9,858 bases of DNA, from positions 1 through 9,858 of the forward strand of contig NW_021827814.1 of NCBI RefSeq assembly GCF_006345805.1, given 5' to 3'. The translations under genes and the position numbers were made by a program. The first letter of the stretch is position 1, and every line of letters starts with the position of its first letter. Positions 7,186-9,858 of the stretch are shown here, one piece after another. The DNA comes from Octopus sinensis (lineage: Eukaryota). Under the pieces are notes generated by a model. The model ran no database searches. It had not been told where the DNA came from and saw only the letters and a program-made list of their open reading frames with translations.

Positions 7186-8086
7186 TTCGGGACGGAAGCA
7201 TGGACTTTCTCCTACAGACATATAAAGCATCTGGAAATCATTCACGTGTGCCGCCTGCGCAATATCTGCGACATAAAATGGCAAGAGAAGATATCAAATG
7301 TTAAAGTTTATTAAAAGTGTGATATGTCTAGGATCGAAAGCATGGTGTTGAGAATTCGGTGCAGATGGGCGCGACATGTTCGAATGCGAGACGATCTCAA
7401 CAAGGAAAGGAAGGATACCACAGTAAAGGAAGACCTATTTCTTTACTACCCACAAGGGGCTTATTTAATTGACCCTGAAAAGATGAAAGGCAAAGTCGAC
7501 CTCGGCGGAATTTGAACTCAGAACGTAGCGGCAGGCGAAATACTTATTTCTTTACTACCCACAAGGGGCTAAACAAGGACAGACAAAGGGATTAAGTCGA
7601 TTATATCGACCCCATGCGTAACTGGTACTTATTTAATCGACCCCGAAAGGATGAAAGGTAAAGTCGACCTCGGCGGAATTTGAACTCAGAACGTAGCGGC
7701 AGACGAAATACTTATTTCTTTACTACCCACAAGGGGCTAAACACTGAGGGGACAAACAAGGACAGACAAACGACTTAAGTCGATTATATCGACCACAGTG
7801 CGTAACTGGTACTTAATTTGTCGACCCCGAAAGGATGAAAGGCAAAGTCGACCTCGGCGGAATTTGAACTCAGAATGTAACGGCGGACGAAATACGGCTA
7901 CGCATTTCGCCCGGCGTATTAACGTTTCTGCCAGCTCGTCGGAAGACCCTCCTCCTTCAGTATAAGTTGAAAGAAGCACTAAAATTCCTTCAGCTTAATT
8001 TAACATCTTGGATAAGTAATGGCTTAGATCGATCTGAGTGGTGCAAAATATGTCATGATGCATCAAAACAATTTGAGCTGAAGAAA
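7186..8086 (+). mobile_element. RTE-clade LINE remnant (post-RT C-terminal region), split by the family C trimer
   Basis: One frame with a single stop gives FGTEAWTFSYRHIKHLEIIHVCRLRNICDIKWQEKISNVKVY*KCDMSRIESMVLRIRCRWARHVRM. With frameshifts it continues GYHSKGRP across the TSD, then LQYKLKEALK...SW...LDRSEWCKICHDASKQFE. This matches the RTE/BovB pattern YGxETW...CLRxIxxIxWQDxVxNxEVL...LRWxGHVxRM...GRP...W...AxDRxxW. Confidence 0.85.
7436..7940 (-). mobile_element. SINE family C head-to-tail trimer with one tRNA-like head, flanked by 8-bp TSD
   Basis: Units 7712-7895 (plus head 7896-7940), 7544-7711 and 7436-7543. B box GAGTTCAAATTCC on the minus strand in each unit. TSD GGAAGACC at 7428-7435 and 7941-7948. 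Confidence 0.9.
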
Positions 8087-8131
8087 CAGATCAACTACAG
8101 AATTATATCCTACGATCAACAGGTACATTTG

Positions 8132-8385
8132 TGCAATTCCTGGAAAGGAAAGCTTGATATTACTCAGAACGTATGATATAAGGAAGAACTAAAAGTCTGA
8201 AAATACGCACGGACATGTTGGCCAAACTTATGAAGATACTTTGTACCGGCAAAAGGTTAAATTTTGATACCATGAAAATTGAATTCAAAACATCCCAAAG
8301 CTATAATATGAAATAACTTTTGAGGATAATGCTTAGTTCAAGAAGACATGTTGGTTTGTAACTGTATTGTAAGACCAAAGTGTAT
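8132..8385 (+). mobile_element. Decayed GIY-YIG endonuclease-like remnant, probably from a Penelope-like element
   Basis: With frameshifts: GK..ITQNV*YKEEL (to 8191), HVGQT (8214-8228, cf. YVGxT), YNMK* (8302-8316, cf. YxIKW), CN..CKTKVY (8357-8385, cf. CNLCxxEK). Alignment by eye. Confidence 0.42.
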
Positions 8386-8423
8386 TGGTTAGTGCAAGGC
8401 CGATGGAATCAATCCTTAGCATT

Positions 8424-8482
8424 TGGTTGATATTTTATCGACTCTCGAAGAGAGAAGATAAAGTCGACCTTGATGAGAACTC
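8424..8482 (-). mobile_element. Short, very diverged family C fragment
   Basis: TTTTATCGAC..GAAG..GATAAAGTCGACCT..GAACTC is colinear with the family C core. Confidence 0.4.
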
Positions 8483-8895
8483 TAAGTTATAACTTAAAGA
8501 ACTTACCAAAATAACTCGAGGAAATTTGTCCTTTTCTTAACCCCAATTGGTTTTGCCACTTCTTTATCTTCTTTTATCCTTAATTTCATATTTCTTCGTT
8601 CGTCTAAATCTTCAAACTTTTCCTTCTCTTTGATGTCTTCGTCCGATTGTTTGATATCTGCTTTTCTTGCCAGCATGGATTTGTAGAGGATTTATTGGAG
8701 CCAATACTCAATGGCGGTCGTAACGTCCACACCAGCTCTGTATCGATTTAGCGGTTATAAACATTCACAAACGTTTGTGTGTGTACATATACATGCAAAC
8801 AAACATACACACACACACATATAATATTTTAAAAAATAAGATAAAAAGGTGTAACATTGCCTGCAACATTTACACGCCACGTTCGCTGTAAGCTG

Positions 8896-8960
8896 CAGAG
8901 CTGTGCCACAGAGCTGTGTCACAGAGCTGTGCCACAGAGCTGTGCCCCAGAGCTGTGCTA
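8896..8960. repeat. Minisatellite, 5 x 13 bp (CAGAGCTGTGCCA)
   Basis: Five contiguous units starting at 8896, 8909, 8922, 8935 and 8948, each with at most one substitution from the consensus. Confidence 0.96.
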
Positions 8961-9125
8961 ACCGTTACACCAAAGCGACGTACAACTTTACCCCGCTTGA
9001 ATTAGAAGACCTGCGTGCAGTAACTATAAGGACATACTAGTGAGTAGTTACTCATCACTGCACTTGTTCTCATTTGTACTCACCATTAATAGATGAAACT
9101 AGGATTAAGTAAAAACAATACTCAA

Positions 9126-9607
9126 GGTTGTGTGGTAAGAAGCTTGCTTCCCAACCATTTGGTTCGAGGTTCAGTTCCACTGTGTGGCACCTTGGGCAAG
9201 TGTATTTTTCTATAGCTTCGGGACGACCAAAGCCTTGTGGGTGGATTTGGTAGACGGAAACTGAAATAAGCTCGTCGTTTATGTACATGTGTGTGTATGT
9301 GTGTGTATTATATATATATATATATATATTTATGTATACGTGTGTGAGTGAGTGAGTGAGTATGTGAGTGAATATGTGTGTGTACTTGTGCGTGTCTTTG
9401 TGTTTATCCTCGCCACTGTTTCACAACAGGTTTTTGGTGCATTTTCATCCCCGTAACTTAGCGGTTCGGCAAAGGAGATCGATAAAATACGTACCAGGCT
9501 TACATTAAGAGTAAGTACCGTGGTCAATCCATTCGACTAAATATTCTTCAAAGCCGTGCTCCAGCATGACCGCAGTGTAATGATTGAAACGAGTAAAAAA
9601 TAAAATA
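9126..9607 (+). mobile_element. SINE family A copy 3
   Basis: Head TGTGTGGTAAGAAGCTTGCTTCCCAACC, CCTTGGGCAAG, internal TG/TA/GTGA microsatellite about 9280-9390, right arm CTTAGCGGTTCGGCAAA...GTGCTCCAGCATGACCGCAG. Confidence 0.87.
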
Positions 9608-9632
9608 CAGTACGTTAAAGTATCGACTTTAT

Positions 9633-9858
9633 ATGGAACATGAAGCACTCCGTCGGTTACGACGATGAGGGTTCCGGTTGATCCGAATCAACGGAACAGC
9701 CTGCTCGTGAAATTAACGTGTAAGTGGCTGAGCACTCCACAGACACGTGTACCCTTAACGTAGTTCTCGGGGATATTCAGCGTGACACAAAGTGTGACAA
9801 GGCCGGCCCTTTGAAATACAGGTATAATAGAAACAGGAAGTAAGAGTGAGAGAAAGTT
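9633..9858 (-). mobile_element. SINE family B copy, 3' portion, cut by the window end
   Basis: Reverse complement closely matches 2244-2460. Confidence 0.92.

Noticed and set aside
8125-8160. RTE C-terminal zinc knuckle (YICAIPGK)
   Set aside because: The second Cys and the His residues are missing. The overlapping frame fits a GIY-YIG remnant better.
8896-8960. CRISPR array (also considered for the 7436-7940 repeats)
   Set aside because: Units are contiguous with no unique spacers, there are no cas genes, and the context is eukaryotic.

Overview
AT-rich, repeat-saturated animal DNA with no convincing host gene, rRNA, true tRNA or CRISPR array. The three tRNA-headed SINE families (called A, B, C here) resemble repeats I recall from octopus genomes; this taxon call is inference, not a search result. 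Most ORFs in the supplied track are artefacts of microsatellites or SINEs. The window is a nested stack of mobile elements: three family A SINE copies, two family B copies, a family C trimer bounded by one 8-bp TSD inside an RTE LINE remnant, a 141-bp mariner-type MITE, a second non-LTR RT fragment, and several probable Penelope-like element (PLE) pieces. The PLE pieces are a long decayed minus-strand ORF that rejoins in frame once the MITE is removed, a GIY-YIG-like remnant, and two short fragments. The most interesting signal is two minus-strand minimal type I hammerhead-ribozyme folds (885-935, 1482-1519) with palindromic stem III and non-canonical cores. One has a compensatory G3-C8 swap of the conserved C3-G8 tertiary pair, the other has U at position 6, and both have an extra purine after A9. 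Their activity is untested.
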